Shown here piece after piece: positions 6,874-14,308 of a stretch of DNA of 16,539 nucleotides; positions within the stretch are counted from its first letter, which is position 1; each line of letters opens with the position of its first letter. The DNA is from a virus. The notes under the pieces were generated by a model. It was not told the origin of the DNA and made no database searches. It was given only the letters and a program-made list of their open reading frames with translations. The DNA lies in the UHGV virus genome UHGV-0073462; one strand, 5' to 3'. The position numbers and the translations under genes are program-made.

Positions 6874-7266
6874 CTAATCATTTTTTACTTTTTTGGGCAG
6901 CCAGTCGTCCATCTCCAGCCTTACACCCAGCATCGACAGACATCCGTCAATAAATCCTTCAGCAATCTGCATCTCAATTCGTATTGCCTTTTCGCTCTTC
7001 TTTCTTGTTCTGGCAATCTGCCTTTTTGATATGCGCAGCAGATAATGAGCTACCAGCAGCGAATACTCGTCCGGTTTTTTCTTCTTCAGGCGCGTAAGGC
7101 AGTTTTCGATGATAAGGCCGTCATCATCGCTGCAGGCCGGGCGAGGTTTAGCGGTGGATGGTAAAAGGCCTTTAAATCCAGCAGCTATCGGAGAATAGTC
7201 CACCCCGGCGTTACCACTTGCCGCCCATGCCCCCCAGCGTTCGAGAACCATCTGAATATCACGCAT
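6874..7266 (-). CDS. Q: late-gene antitermination protein Q (phage 82 / QuuD-like family)
   Basis: ATG at 7266 with SD GGAGA 7 nt upstream. Product begins MRDIQMVLERWGAWAA..., the N-terminus I recognise from 82-type Q / E. coli QuuD. Immediately upstream of the late leader and lysis genes. The track's longer start at 7281 is a non-ATG start I reject. Confidence 0.8.
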   Translation of the reverse strand: MRDIQMVLERWGAWAASGNAGVDYSPIAAGFKGLLPSTAKPRPACSDDDGLIIENCLTRLKKKKPDEYSLLVAHYLLRISKRQIARTRKKSEKAIRIEMQIAEGFIDGCLSMLGVRLEMDDWLPKKVKND

Positions 7267-7283
7267 CAACTTTCTCCACAAAA

Positions 7284-8273
7284 TCAGGACAGCACACCAA
7301 TCGCCAGCGCGCGATCGATAAAACGAAATATCAGCTCCAGCTGGGAGCCATACTTCTCTTCAAATGCCACGGTATCCGCATGCAGCTCGTCGTGATGCTT
7401 TCTGCACAAAGGCAACACAAAGAGGTCATGCGCTTTTGTACCCATTCCGCCCTGACCGTGACCTATCAGGTGGTGGGGATCATCAGCAGGTTTTCCACAA
7501 CATGCGCACGGCTGCGTCTTAACCCAGCGCGTGTACTTTTCATTAACCCAGCGGCGACGTTTTGGGCGTAACATAAAAGACTCCGGCGACTCCGGATCCA
7601 CTTTCAGCGCCAGCACCTTTTTCGCTTTATCCTGGATGATGCTGGTGGCAGGAACCGAAGGCACAAGGTCACTTTCCCGGGTGACAGACGGCACAACAGG
7701 CTTCGGTAATCTCAGTGCCTTACGGGCTGCGCTTTCCGGTAAGGCATCCGCCAGGTCATTACGAACCAGCCACCAGCACAGTTCCGGCATTGTCACAACG
7801 TGACTGTCATCAAAACCGAGATCCCGACGCACGACAGACAACACCCAGCGGGCACAGTTATCCGTTGCCATTGATTCCAGCCGTTCCGTGAACTGGTCAC
7901 GGAGGAGATTGTCACAGTGCCAGCACAGACGGATTGCGCCTGGCGCGTGCCGCATTGTGGTCATGTTCTCGCTGTGCCAGTCGGAATGAGGCCACTGACA
8001 GCCCTTTTCACGAAGTAACCAGCTCTCAAGGCATTCCACGCCACCAGCACGACGGATCACCGCCTCATTGCGGAACACGGCCCGAACGGCAGGATCATCC
8101 GCCAGCGGTTGTGATGCCGCCGGAACGGCACCACTGGCGAAAGATGAATAACGCTCCGGCTCAGGCTCCAGCAGGACACGCCCCTGCATAAACAGGGGCA
8201 TCAGCTCTGAACCTGGCCTGAACAATACGATCCCCATACGCGGGGCAATTTCAGGGGTCAGTAGTGCTCTCAA
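7284..8273 (-). CDS. nin-region protein with C-terminal DUF968 / HNH-like motif (YdfU-like)
   Basis: 329 aa. C-terminus CACCGKPADDPHHLIGHGQGGMGTKAHDLFVLPLCRKHHDELH carries the Cys/His pattern of DUF968 (HNH-like) prophage proteins. Probable TTG start at 8273 with SD GAGGT 6 nt upstream. Position directly before Q fits nin-region proteins. Confidence 0.65.
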   Translation of the reverse strand: MRALLTPEIAPRMGIVLFRPGSELMPLFMQGRVLLEPEPERYSSFASGAVPAASQPLADDPAVRAVFRNEAVIRRAGGVECLESWLLREKGCQWPHSDWHSENMTTMRHAPGAIRLCWHCDNLLRDQFTERLESMATDNCARWVLSVVRRDLGFDDSHVVTMPELCWWLVRNDLADALPESAARKALRLPKPVVPSVTRESDLVPSVPATSIIQDKAKKVLALKVDPESPESFMLRPKRRRWVNEKYTRWVKTQPCACCGKPADDPHHLIGHGQGGMGTKAHDLFVLPLCRKHHDELHADTVAFEEKYGSQLELIFRFIDRALAIGVLS

Positions 8274-8282
8274 CGTAGAACC

Positions 8283-8798
8283 TCACAGCACAATCTGTTT
8301 CAGTTTCTGTACCGCTTTCCCCATATCCGCCATAGCATCAACAAACTCATCAAATTTACGACTTGCCATTCCATACGCCTGGAGGATTTCCAGTTTCAGA
8401 GGATCCAGTTGCTTTTTAATTTCCGCACGATCATTAAATTTCTTCTCTGCTTCTTCCGCAGCCCTGATCAGCTCCTCAGCATGCCTGCGTAATTCATCCG
8501 GAGTAACGGTCTTTTTAATCACAACGGGTTCCTCTGTTTTTACTGGTATTTCACTATTTACTGCCTGATGTCCAAATTTAGGATGATGTAACGTTGTAGT
8601 TCTTCCATCATTCGCAACGACCAGAAGTCCACTGTCGCGGATAATGCCAATGAGTATCTCCTTATCCCTTTTATTCAGTAGACTGTACGCCTGCACTTTC
8701 TGTGATATCTGGGTCAGTGTTGCGCCTTCCGGCATTCGTTCAACAAAACGTTTAACCCTGGATAAAACTGGCTGCAGATGGGGTGGTGTAATTCTCAT
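8283..8798 (-). CDS. hypothetical protein (171 aa), possible winged-helix N-terminus and helical C-terminus
   Basis: ATG at 8798 with SD GGGAGG 8 nt upstream, overlapping the stop of the KilA-N gene. No domain recognised. Confidence 0.6.
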   Translation of the reverse strand: MRITPPHLQPVLSRVKRFVERMPEGATLTQISQKVQAYSLLNKRDKEILIGIIRDSGLLVVANDGRTTTLHHPKFGHQAVNSEIPVKTEEPVVIKKTVTPDELRRHAEELIRAAEEAEKKFNDRAEIKKQLDPLKLEILQAYGMASRKFDEFVDAMADMGKAVQKLKQIVL

Positions 8799-8813
8799 GC
8801 TCCACGCCTCCCA

Positions 8814-9629
8814 TCAGTGAACGGTATCGAGCAGCTTTAACAGCTCAGGGAATCGGGATTCGAAGAAATGCGGCTGCGTCTCGCGCGGATTTGCAGGACT
8901 GGTGATGTTCTTGCCGAACATGCAGCCTTTCGCTGTCAGCGACCAGAATTTTTTGATGTTGTTAATCGCGGTACGGCTGTATCGTTCGCGCTGCTCGACG
9001 ATCCCCAGTTTCACCATCTGGTGATATGCCTGATTAGCCGTCAGGCGGATACCATACTGCTTCAGCAGTGCACTCAGCGACAGCGTAGGGCGGCTTGAAC
9101 CATCTGGCGCATCAGCAGGTGCATCAATGGCATAGATCGGCATAAGTTCAGGAAGACCAGCTACCTTTGATAATTTCTGGTATGCACCAAGTTTCGAGGA
9201 GTTTGACAGATTTAGAGTCTTTGCTGCTGATTCAAGCAGAATGACCCCGGATTTAATTTTGTCGGATGTGGTTTCTTCTGGTGATGAATTATGAAGCGCA
9301 TCGAAAGTACGTATCACTTTTAAGCTGAATGCCGGGCTGATCCACATTGCATATGCATAGACCAGCTCTTTACAGACATACGTCCCACCATTGCGCCCCT
9401 GAATGGTGATGACAGGAATACTACGGGAATCTCCCGTAGTTTCTTCTTCCAATAATTCCACAAGAGCCTTCGTTTCAGGACGACGCATAAACTCGTGAAC
9501 TTCCAGCGAACGGGAGGAGCGATTCTCACCAGCGGCAAGAAGAGCAGCTTTCTGAAGGTCGTTAAGACAGTAGTTAGATTCGAAGTACTGGCGCACAGAA
9601 ACGCCATCAATTACAAGCAACTGATTCAT
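8814..9629 (-). CDS. KilA-N domain protein, antirepressor-like (KilA-N N-terminus with ANT/KilAC-like C-terminal region)
   Basis: ATG at 9629 with SD GGAGA about 5 nt upstream. N-terminal region ...YCLNDLQKAA...GTYVCKELVYAYAMWISPAFSLKVIRTFD matches the conserved core of the KilA-N (APSES-like) domain. The C-terminal half resembles antirepressor C-domains, less certainly. Confidence 0.7.
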   Translation of the reverse strand: MNQLLVIDGVSVRQYFESNYCLNDLQKAALLAAGENRSSRSLEVHEFMRRPETKALVELLEEETTGDSRSIPVITIQGRNGGTYVCKELVYAYAMWISPAFSLKVIRTFDALHNSSPEETTSDKIKSGVILLESAAKTLNLSNSSKLGAYQKLSKVAGLPELMPIYAIDAPADAPDGSSRPTLSLSALLKQYGIRLTANQAYHQMVKLGIVEQRERYSRTAINNIKKFWSLTAKGCMFGKNITSPANPRETQPHFFESRFPELLKLLDTVH

Positions 9630-9727
9630 TGGTTTCTCCACAAATTTTTATCCACGAGCGGGACTGCACTCCCTTTTCGTTGATGCAGGATGAACTTACT
9701 GCGATTTTTAATAGTTATCAAGGATAC

Positions 9728-9745
9728 ACTGTTCATAAATACAGT
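9728..9745. promoter_or_regulatory. LexA-binding site (SOS box) in the promoter region of the KilA-N gene
   Basis: aCTGT-TCATAAAT-ACAGt fits the E. coli LexA consensus CTGT-N8-ACAG with an AT-rich spacer and correct flanks. It is the only such site I found in the window. Lies 80-100 bp upstream of the KilA-N start, next to -35/-10-like hexamers on the minus strand (TTGAGC-17-TATTAC, and TTGATA-17-TAAGTT). Confidence 0.6.
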
Positions 9746-9791
9746 ATCTTTAACGAGGTAATACCCAAATTTAGGGTGTTGCTCAATTCCG

Positions 9792-10187
9792 TTACCGAGT
9801 TGCTAATTTGCAACTCGCTTTTTCGTACTTACTGATAGTGATCTCGACCTTCCCTTCCGGGATAACCGGTCCCCACTCCACCAGCATTCTTTTCACCTGG
9901 CTGTCGTCTTCCCACACACCCGCGTGGGTCAGAACGTCAAACAGCGCCTTGTTATAGTTGTCCAGATCGCGGATCCTGTTATCCGGAGGAAACAACACAA
10001 TCTCTACTGAAGCAGGTGCCGACGTTGGTTTCGGCAGACGACGTAACTGCTCAACTATTGCTGCACACGCCGCGCTCTGGAATTTTCGCCCCGCCGCGCT
10101 TATCAGGCTCTTACCAGCAAACGCCCCTTTGTTAGGGTGTCGCCAGTACGTGTTCACGCTGGGCGGAAAAGGCAGTATTAGCTTCAT
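9792..10187 (-). CDS. rusA: Holliday-junction resolvase RusA (crossover junction endodeoxyribonuclease)
   Basis: 131 aa, MKLILPFPPSVNTYWRH...DLDNYNKALFDVLTHAGVWEDDSQV matches the RusA family pattern (PPS.N..Y; DLDN; D-D). ATGA overlap with the upstream gene. Confidence 0.85.
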   Translation of the reverse strand: MKLILPFPPSVNTYWRHPNKGAFAGKSLISAAGRKFQSAACAAIVEQLRRLPKPTSAPASVEIVLFPPDNRIRDLDNYNKALFDVLTHAGVWEDDSQVKRMLVEWGPVIPEGKVEITISKYEKASCKLATR

Positions 10188-10510
10188 ACTTTCAGGCCCC
10201 TCTCATGTAACCAGTGGGCTGCACGCAGCCTGGCGTTTGCCTCACCGGCAAGCAGGGCGCGGATAATCCCGACCGCCTCGCTGTCGTCGTCCTTCACCGC
10301 GGTATGAAGAGTGATACCCCGGGCCACGCCACGCTTTATCGTGATGACACCTTTTTTCTCCAGTGCTCGAAGATGCTCCACCGCTGCATTCACCGAACGG
10401 TATCCCAGCATGGTTGCCACCTCCTGATTGGTTGGCGGGAAGCCACGTTCTTTCTGATAAGAAATCAGCATATCCAGCACCTGCTGCTGGCATTGAGTTA
10501 ATGTCGTCAT
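10184..10510 (-). CDS. LexA N-terminal DNA-binding-domain-like protein lacking the S24 peptidase domain
   Basis: 108 aa. MTTLTQCQQQVLDMLISYQKERGFPPTNQEVATMLGYRSVNAAVEHLRALEKKGVITIKRGVARGITL aligns by eye with E. coli LexA residues 1-70, including recognition-helix residues (S-x-NAA-x-EHL). No catalytic Ser/Lys domain follows; a short helical tail instead. ATGA overlaps on both sides. Confidence 0.75.
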   Translation of the reverse strand: MTTLTQCQQQVLDMLISYQKERGFPPTNQEVATMLGYRSVNAAVEHLRALEKKGVITIKRGVARGITLHTAVKDDDSEAVGIIRALLAGEANARLRAAHWLHERGLKV

Positions 10511-11158
10511 GCCGCCATCTCCCTGACCAGTTTTTCCGCCTGCTGGCGAACCTGCGCCAGAAAGGCCTCACCACATGCCTCAAGTTCATCGCGCCCGATG
10601 TAGCTGATTGCCGCTCCCTTCCAGGTCTTGTCGAAAACAGCAATAGCACCAGCGAAGAAAGCACCTGTTGGCACCTGCTTTTCGTCTTTCGGGATAAACC
10701 AGGCTGGCAGTTCAAAACCAATACGCCCGCGAATAAAAGCAATATGATCTGCATCTTCCGGCCACCACACTTCGCTGGTGGCCGCTTTGATCAGGAAAAC
10801 ATAGCGCCCGCCTTTATCACGCATGGCACTGGCATGCTTCATGATGTAACGCATGCCGGTGATGTATTGTCCCTCATGCTGACTGGCGCGGCTGTACGGG
10901 GGATTACCAAAGGCAGCACCTTTAAGCTCCGCAAGACGTTCTGACCAGTCATGTGCCAGCGCGTTGTCTTCCGCCGTGTAATACGCGGCACATTTGGCGT
11001 TATCACCGTCAGTAAACAGATCCAGAACAAACGGGCCAAACAGGGTGTTAATTCCCCAGAAAATGTTGTCCGGCGTGCGCCACTGATCGCCCACTTCCTT
11101 CAGTTCATGGGCTGGTTTGTTCCGTAGTTCCACCAGCGCCTGGCAATATTTATTACTC
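10507..11158 (-). CDS. phage orphan N6-adenine DNA methyltransferase (Dam-type)
   Basis: 216 aa from ATG 11158 (MSNKYCQ...). Contains the NPPY catalytic motif (GAAFGNPPYSRAS). TAATG overlap with the upstream gene stop. No adjacent restriction endonuclease candidate. Confidence 0.8.
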
Positions 11159-11159
11159 A

Positions 11160-11648
11160 TTAAGCCCCCACGTAATTCCCTGACAGATACCACTCATCAC
11201 CCGCTACAGCGCGCTTTCTGCTTTTCCGTAAGCACCGCTCACGACGCGCCAGAAAATTGTTTCGTTCTGGCTGGGAGTGGCTTTCACGGAATGCCGCCAT
11301 CCACACGGTTGCAGCACGACGGTATAAGCCCCTGGACTCCAGTTCTTCCGCCTGGCGGGTCAGGCACAAAATCACCCGGGGATCGTTAGTGCCGACATAG
11401 AAATTGCGCACAGGTATGGTTTCAAGAACAGGTTGCAGTTTCTCCTCCTGCGATATCTCAGCCTGGTGTGGGAAATGTCTGCGTGTTTTCCCTTCACAAC
11501 AGTGAGCCACACGGCCACTCTGACGTAACTTGCTTGCTGACTGCAGAACGCACTGTCGTGAGTAACCAGCAAAAGCATCCGCAATGTCACCTGAAGTACA
11601 CCCCGGATGGGCTTCAATGAATTTCTGTACATCGTTCATCAGACTCAT
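11160..11648 (-). CDS. putative transcriptional regulator with PerC-like C-terminal motif and HTH-like N-terminus
   Basis: Segment RGLYRRAATVWMAAFRES...RRERC resembles the PerC-family signature (GLWRRAA..W) of PerC/Pch prophage regulators. N-terminus DVQKFIEAHPGCTSGDIADAF looks HTH-like. Start ATG 11648, or GTG 11654 overlapping the upstream stop. Moderate confidence in family. Confidence 0.5.
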   Translation of the reverse strand: MSLMNDVQKFIEAHPGCTSGDIADAFAGYSRQCVLQSASKLRQSGRVAHCCEGKTRRHFPHQAEISQEEKLQPVLETIPVRNFYVGTNDPRVILCLTRQAEELESRGLYRRAATVWMAAFRESHSQPERNNFLARRERCLRKSRKRAVAGDEWYLSGNYVGA

Positions 11649-11650
11649 GA

Positions 11651-12634
11651 TCACCCCCTGAATCCTGTCGGGATCTGGCTGTAGTCCACGTTGTCGTAAC
11701 TGGCTTTGAAGTACGGGTCCTCGCGTCTGGCTGCAGATACCGCAGGAACTTCCCAGGATTCTTCGAAATGACGATCCGGACCAAAGAACGTGACAGCCTG
11801 TTTCACAAATTGTGTGCCGCTATTGCCCATCGCAGATACCCAGCCCGCGTAGCGTTTCACACCTTCCAGCATGGTTTCGGGGTTTACCCCCTCGTTCAAA
11901 CGGGCTTTCCAGGCTTTGAAGGCTGCTGATTTTGAATTGCCACCAGCACGTTTGGGATATTCCTGCCAGGCCTGTTCAAATTCCGGTGAATATTCCTGTC
12001 GGGCAGAACGCGCTGGCGCAGACGCGTCAGCGGATGCATCAATAGTGTTTTTAGTCTCCGTTGTAATCTCTGTAGTAATCTCTGTATTTGTATCAACATT
12101 CGGCGTATCCCCTGTTCCGTTATGACGTCGGGGGGTGTTCCGTTTTAACGTAATAGCTGTATCGCTGATTGCATTATTGCTGTTACTTTCTGGCGAAACA
12201 GAAGAAGGTGTGGTGATGGCCGCAATTGCCTGTGGGTTGATCCCGACAAACAAAATATTGCTGCATTTCACCCCATCGAGCATTTCCACCGTGCGTAAAT
12301 CCAGAGTAATAAACCCTGCATCGCGCAGACGCTTCAGCGCATCTGCGGTTTCCCTTTTCCCGAAACCAAACTGCTCAGCAAACGCCTGGTAGCTTCTTTG
12401 CAGTTTGTCGCCCTGAAAACGCTTGCGATATCCCAGCAACGCTCCGGTGTGCTCATCCCTGACCTCTGTCGGGCGGTACCAGTAAACGATCTCTGAAAGC
12501 AGAGCGATAGCCGTCGCATCCGGACGCCCACTGGGTAGTCGAATATATTTCCACCAGGTCGCAGGTGTAACATTGCCGGAAATATTAATTTGACCAATAG
12601 CCATAACTTCCGGTGTGGGGGCGTAACGGCTCAT
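11651..12634 (-). CDS. putative replication initiation protein (lambda O-like position; family not firmly identified)
   Basis: 327 aa. Gene contains a tandem DNA repeat encoding TEITTEITTET, reminiscent of iterons embedded in lambda O. Conserved-looking C-terminal block EFEQAWQEYPKRAGGNSKSAAFKAWKARL. Sits in the cII-to-nin interval. Family call is inference. Confidence 0.5.
   Translation of the reverse strand: MSRYAPTPEVMAIGQINISGNVTPATWWKYIRLPSGRPDATAIALLSEIVYWYRPTEVRDEHTGALLGYRKRFQGDKLQRSYQAFAEQFGFGKRETADALKRLRDAGFITLDLRTVEMLDGVKCSNILFVGINPQAIAAITTPSSVSPESNSNNAISDTAITLKRNTPRRHNGTGDTPNVDTNTEITTEITTETKNTIDASADASAPARSARQEYSPEFEQAWQEYPKRAGGNSKSAAFKAWKARLNEGVNPETMLEGVKRYAGWVSAMGNSGTQFVKQAVTFFGPDRHFEESWEVPAVSAARREDPYFKASYDNVDYSQIPTGFRG
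12063..12086. repeat. tandem 12-bp direct repeat (2 copies of GTAATCTCTGTA) inside the O-like gene; candidate iteron / origin element
   Basis: Perfect tandem copies at 12063-12074 and 12075-12086, with degenerate flanking copies (TTTGTA, CCGTT). Confidence 0.5.
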
Positions 12635-12930
12635 ACAACCTCCTTCCGCAGCATGAGAATTGTGTAGCCACGCGCAGGTTGTAGTCTGGCTTTTGCATCA
12701 ATAGTAAGCGTTGCAATTTTTCGGATATGAAGATAACCAGCTCTTTCCAGTGCCAGGGTTTCCCTGAATATCGCTTGCTTAGAACAACAGCAGAAATCAG
12801 CAAGCACCTGATGATCAATAACTCTCTCGCCTTCACCGTCTGAAGAACCCGACATCAAAACGCGCAACATAATCAGGCGCTGAATCGGGTTATCGAAAGC
12901 ACATCCGCACACAAACTGAAAACAGTTCAC
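12631..12930 (-). CDS. hypothetical protein (up to 99 aa), possible winged-helix DNA-binding protein
   Basis: GTG start at 12930 overlaps the stop of the upstream gene (GTGA); stop overlaps the O-like start (ATGA). Segment QVLADFCCCSKQAIFRETLALERAGYLHIRK looks HTH-like. Start uncertain (first ATG at 12870 has no SD). Confidence 0.4.
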   Translation of the reverse strand: MNCFQFVCGCAFDNPIQRLIMLRVLMSGSSDGEGERVIDHQVLADFCCCSKQAIFRETLALERAGYLHIRKIATLTIDAKARLQPARGYTILMLRKEVV

Positions 12931-13151
12931 GCCACACCTCCCAGACGCTTAAACATTTTTCCGGAGCAAAAGGCTATAAGCGGCATACTGATGCGGTAAT
13001 TACGGCCCAGCGGTTCACAAATCACCTTCTGACATTCACGGTCAACCAGGCTGACACGTAGAACATGCCCTGCAGGCGTGGTGTACCACTGACCAGGACG
13101 AGGACAACGGAAAGTCTGATTGGTAAACCGTTTGAAAATATTCCGGATCAT
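12927..13151 (-). CDS. hypothetical small protein (74 aa)
   Basis: ATG at 13151 overlaps the stop of the Rha gene (ATGA); basic, Cys-containing. No domain recognised. Confidence 0.45.
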   Translation of the reverse strand: MIRNIFKRFTNQTFRCPRPGQWYTTPAGHVLRVSLVDRECQKVICEPLGRNYRISMPLIAFCSGKMFKRLGGVA

Positions 13152-14308
13152 TTGCGCCCCCTTACCTCTGAAGGGTTCAGCGACAAATTTATGAGACTGG
13201 CCAGTAGCGCCGCGTCGTTGATGCGGTCATACAGACTTACAGCCAGCGGGGATTCGGCTTTTGCCAACATGGGATAAAGCTGCTGCAGCCAGACCTTGTG
13301 GATTACCGACAGGTGGGAGTAAAGCACGCTGGCGTTATCTGCGGCATCGCTCAGCGTGGATGGCTTTGAAAGCAGTTTTTCCATCTGGTTAAAGGCATTG
13401 ATGTATGCCTCTTTGAACCGGGCAGCACGTTTACCCGTGAAACCCATAGCAAGAAACGCAAAACCGTCTCGTGTGATTTGATAGCAAGGGAGCTTGCGTG
13501 TACCACCGTTCGGTTGATTTACCGAAATCGATGTCTCCGCAAAATTGCGGGCACAAAACTCTGGGGAACAATCCAGAGTGCGGATCTTTTTCAGCACATC
13601 GTCGTGACGCTTGGAGAAGGAGTTGGCAACAGCCAAAGAAGTGGTAACGGCCTGGCCGTTGTCAATGGTGATTTCAGGTTGAGTGAGGGCTGGGTTCGTA
13701 GCCATGATGGCAGCCTCCGTTGACAGTGAAAAACTTCCACCACCGGAAACGCCAATTTCACTGGTGGTGAACTGGACGGGGTTGGCGTAACCGGCGTCAA
13801 CGGAGACCGGCGCACCTTTCGGTGCCCCCGCCCAGCCCACCATAATCTGGATGTGAGCAAATGCGGACGATAAAAAAGACGCTGGCGCGTCATACATCGC
13901 CGTTGACAATTTCAGGACGCCAATCCCGGCACCCGCTTTATAAGGTGCCTGAACAGTGTAACGTCCCGGAATGGCAGAATCAATATGCTGGTGGTCCTTC
14001 ACACTCAACAAAATCACGCCTGAATTTCCACAAAGGACTAAAGCACTCATGCGGGTAGTCTTTGCGAAGATAGATAACGCGCTGTGTTTCTGGCTCCCAA
14101 CGAATAACATGGACATAAAGCCCTCTTCCGTCACGAAACCAGCGGTTAAGTTCCTGCACAACTCGCCCCCCACAGTCAGGTAAAGTTCTCTGTGGTTACT
14201 TACAGCCAGGTGATTTGGTAATCTGCATTCATGCCGTAACAACAGGTGTTCAGCGACGCTGACCACCAGCTGTTGCGACAAACGGTTATTTGCCGTTAAA
14301 CTATTCAT
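13148..14308 (-). CDS. Rha-domain phage regulatory protein with a roughly 200-aa N-terminal extension of unknown nature
   Basis: Residues about 205-315 (MATNPALTQPEITIDNGQAVTTSLAVANSFSKRHDDVLKKIRTL...YQITRDGFAFLAMGFTGKRAARFKEAYINAFNQME) match the Rha (Phage_pRha) domain. The ORF stays open about 600 bp upstream to an ATG at 14308 that overlaps the CII-like stop (ATGA). No other long ORF covers 13750-14308. Confidence 0.6.
   Translation of the reverse strand: MNSLTANNRLSQQLVVSVAEHLLLRHECRLPNHLAVSNHRELYLTVGGELCRNLTAGFVTEEGFMSMLFVGSQKHSALSIFAKTTRMSALVLCGNSGVILLSVKDHQHIDSAIPGRYTVQAPYKAGAGIGVLKLSTAMYDAPASFLSSAFAHIQIMVGWAGAPKGAPVSVDAGYANPVQFTTSEIGVSGGGSFSLSTEAAIMATNPALTQPEITIDNGQAVTTSLAVANSFSKRHDDVLKKIRTLDCSPEFCARNFAETSISVNQPNGGTRKLPCYQITRDGFAFLAMGFTGKRAARFKEAYINAFNQMEKLLSKPSTLSDAADNASVLYSHLSVIHKVWLQQLYPMLAKAESPLAVSLYDRINDAALLASLINLSLNPSEVRGRK

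Noticed and set aside
7266-7281. Longer N-terminal extension of Q (track start at 7281, MWRKL...)
   Set aside because: The extension begins at a non-ATG codon and would overlap the upstream gene's stop region; the ATG at 7266 has a good SD and gives the canonical MRDIQMVLERW N-terminus.
7218-8191. Plus-strand ORFs 7218..7571, 7531..7803, 7934..8191 and minus 6820..7029(+)
   Set aside because: Antisense to Q and the DUF968 gene, Pro/Ser/Arg-rich, no start context.
9320-10266. ORFs 9320..9610(-), 9495..9683(+), 9629..9835(+), 9958..10266(+)
   Set aside because: Alternative frames or antisense within the KilA-N and rusA genes; the 9629..9835 ORF crosses the SOS-box intergenic region without a plausible start signal.
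10214-11389. ORFs 10214..10501(+), 10242..10754(-), 10363..10944(+), 10839..11039(-), 11117..11389(+)
   Set aside because: Overlap the LexA-like and methyltransferase genes, which have clear family motifs and coupled start/stops; compositions are atypical.
12040-12110. CRISPR array or satellite repeat around the TEITTEITTET-coding repeat
   Set aside because: Only two to three short (12-bp) tandem units with no spacers; consistent with an iteron or a coding repeat, not a CRISPR array.
11372-12597. ORFs 11372..11632(-), 11871..12125(+), 11896..12099(-), 12135..12392(+), 12334..12597(-), 12585..12836(-)
   Set aside because: Nested in alternative frames of the O-like and PerC-like genes; no independent support.
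13478-14183. ORFs 13478..13723(+), 13591..13893(-), 13861..14058(+), 13971..14183(+) within the N-terminal extension region of the Rha gene
   Set aside because: Low-complexity Pro/Ser/Arg-rich translations with no start signals; none offers a better explanation for this region than the long Rha frame, though the region's coding status itself remains uncertain.
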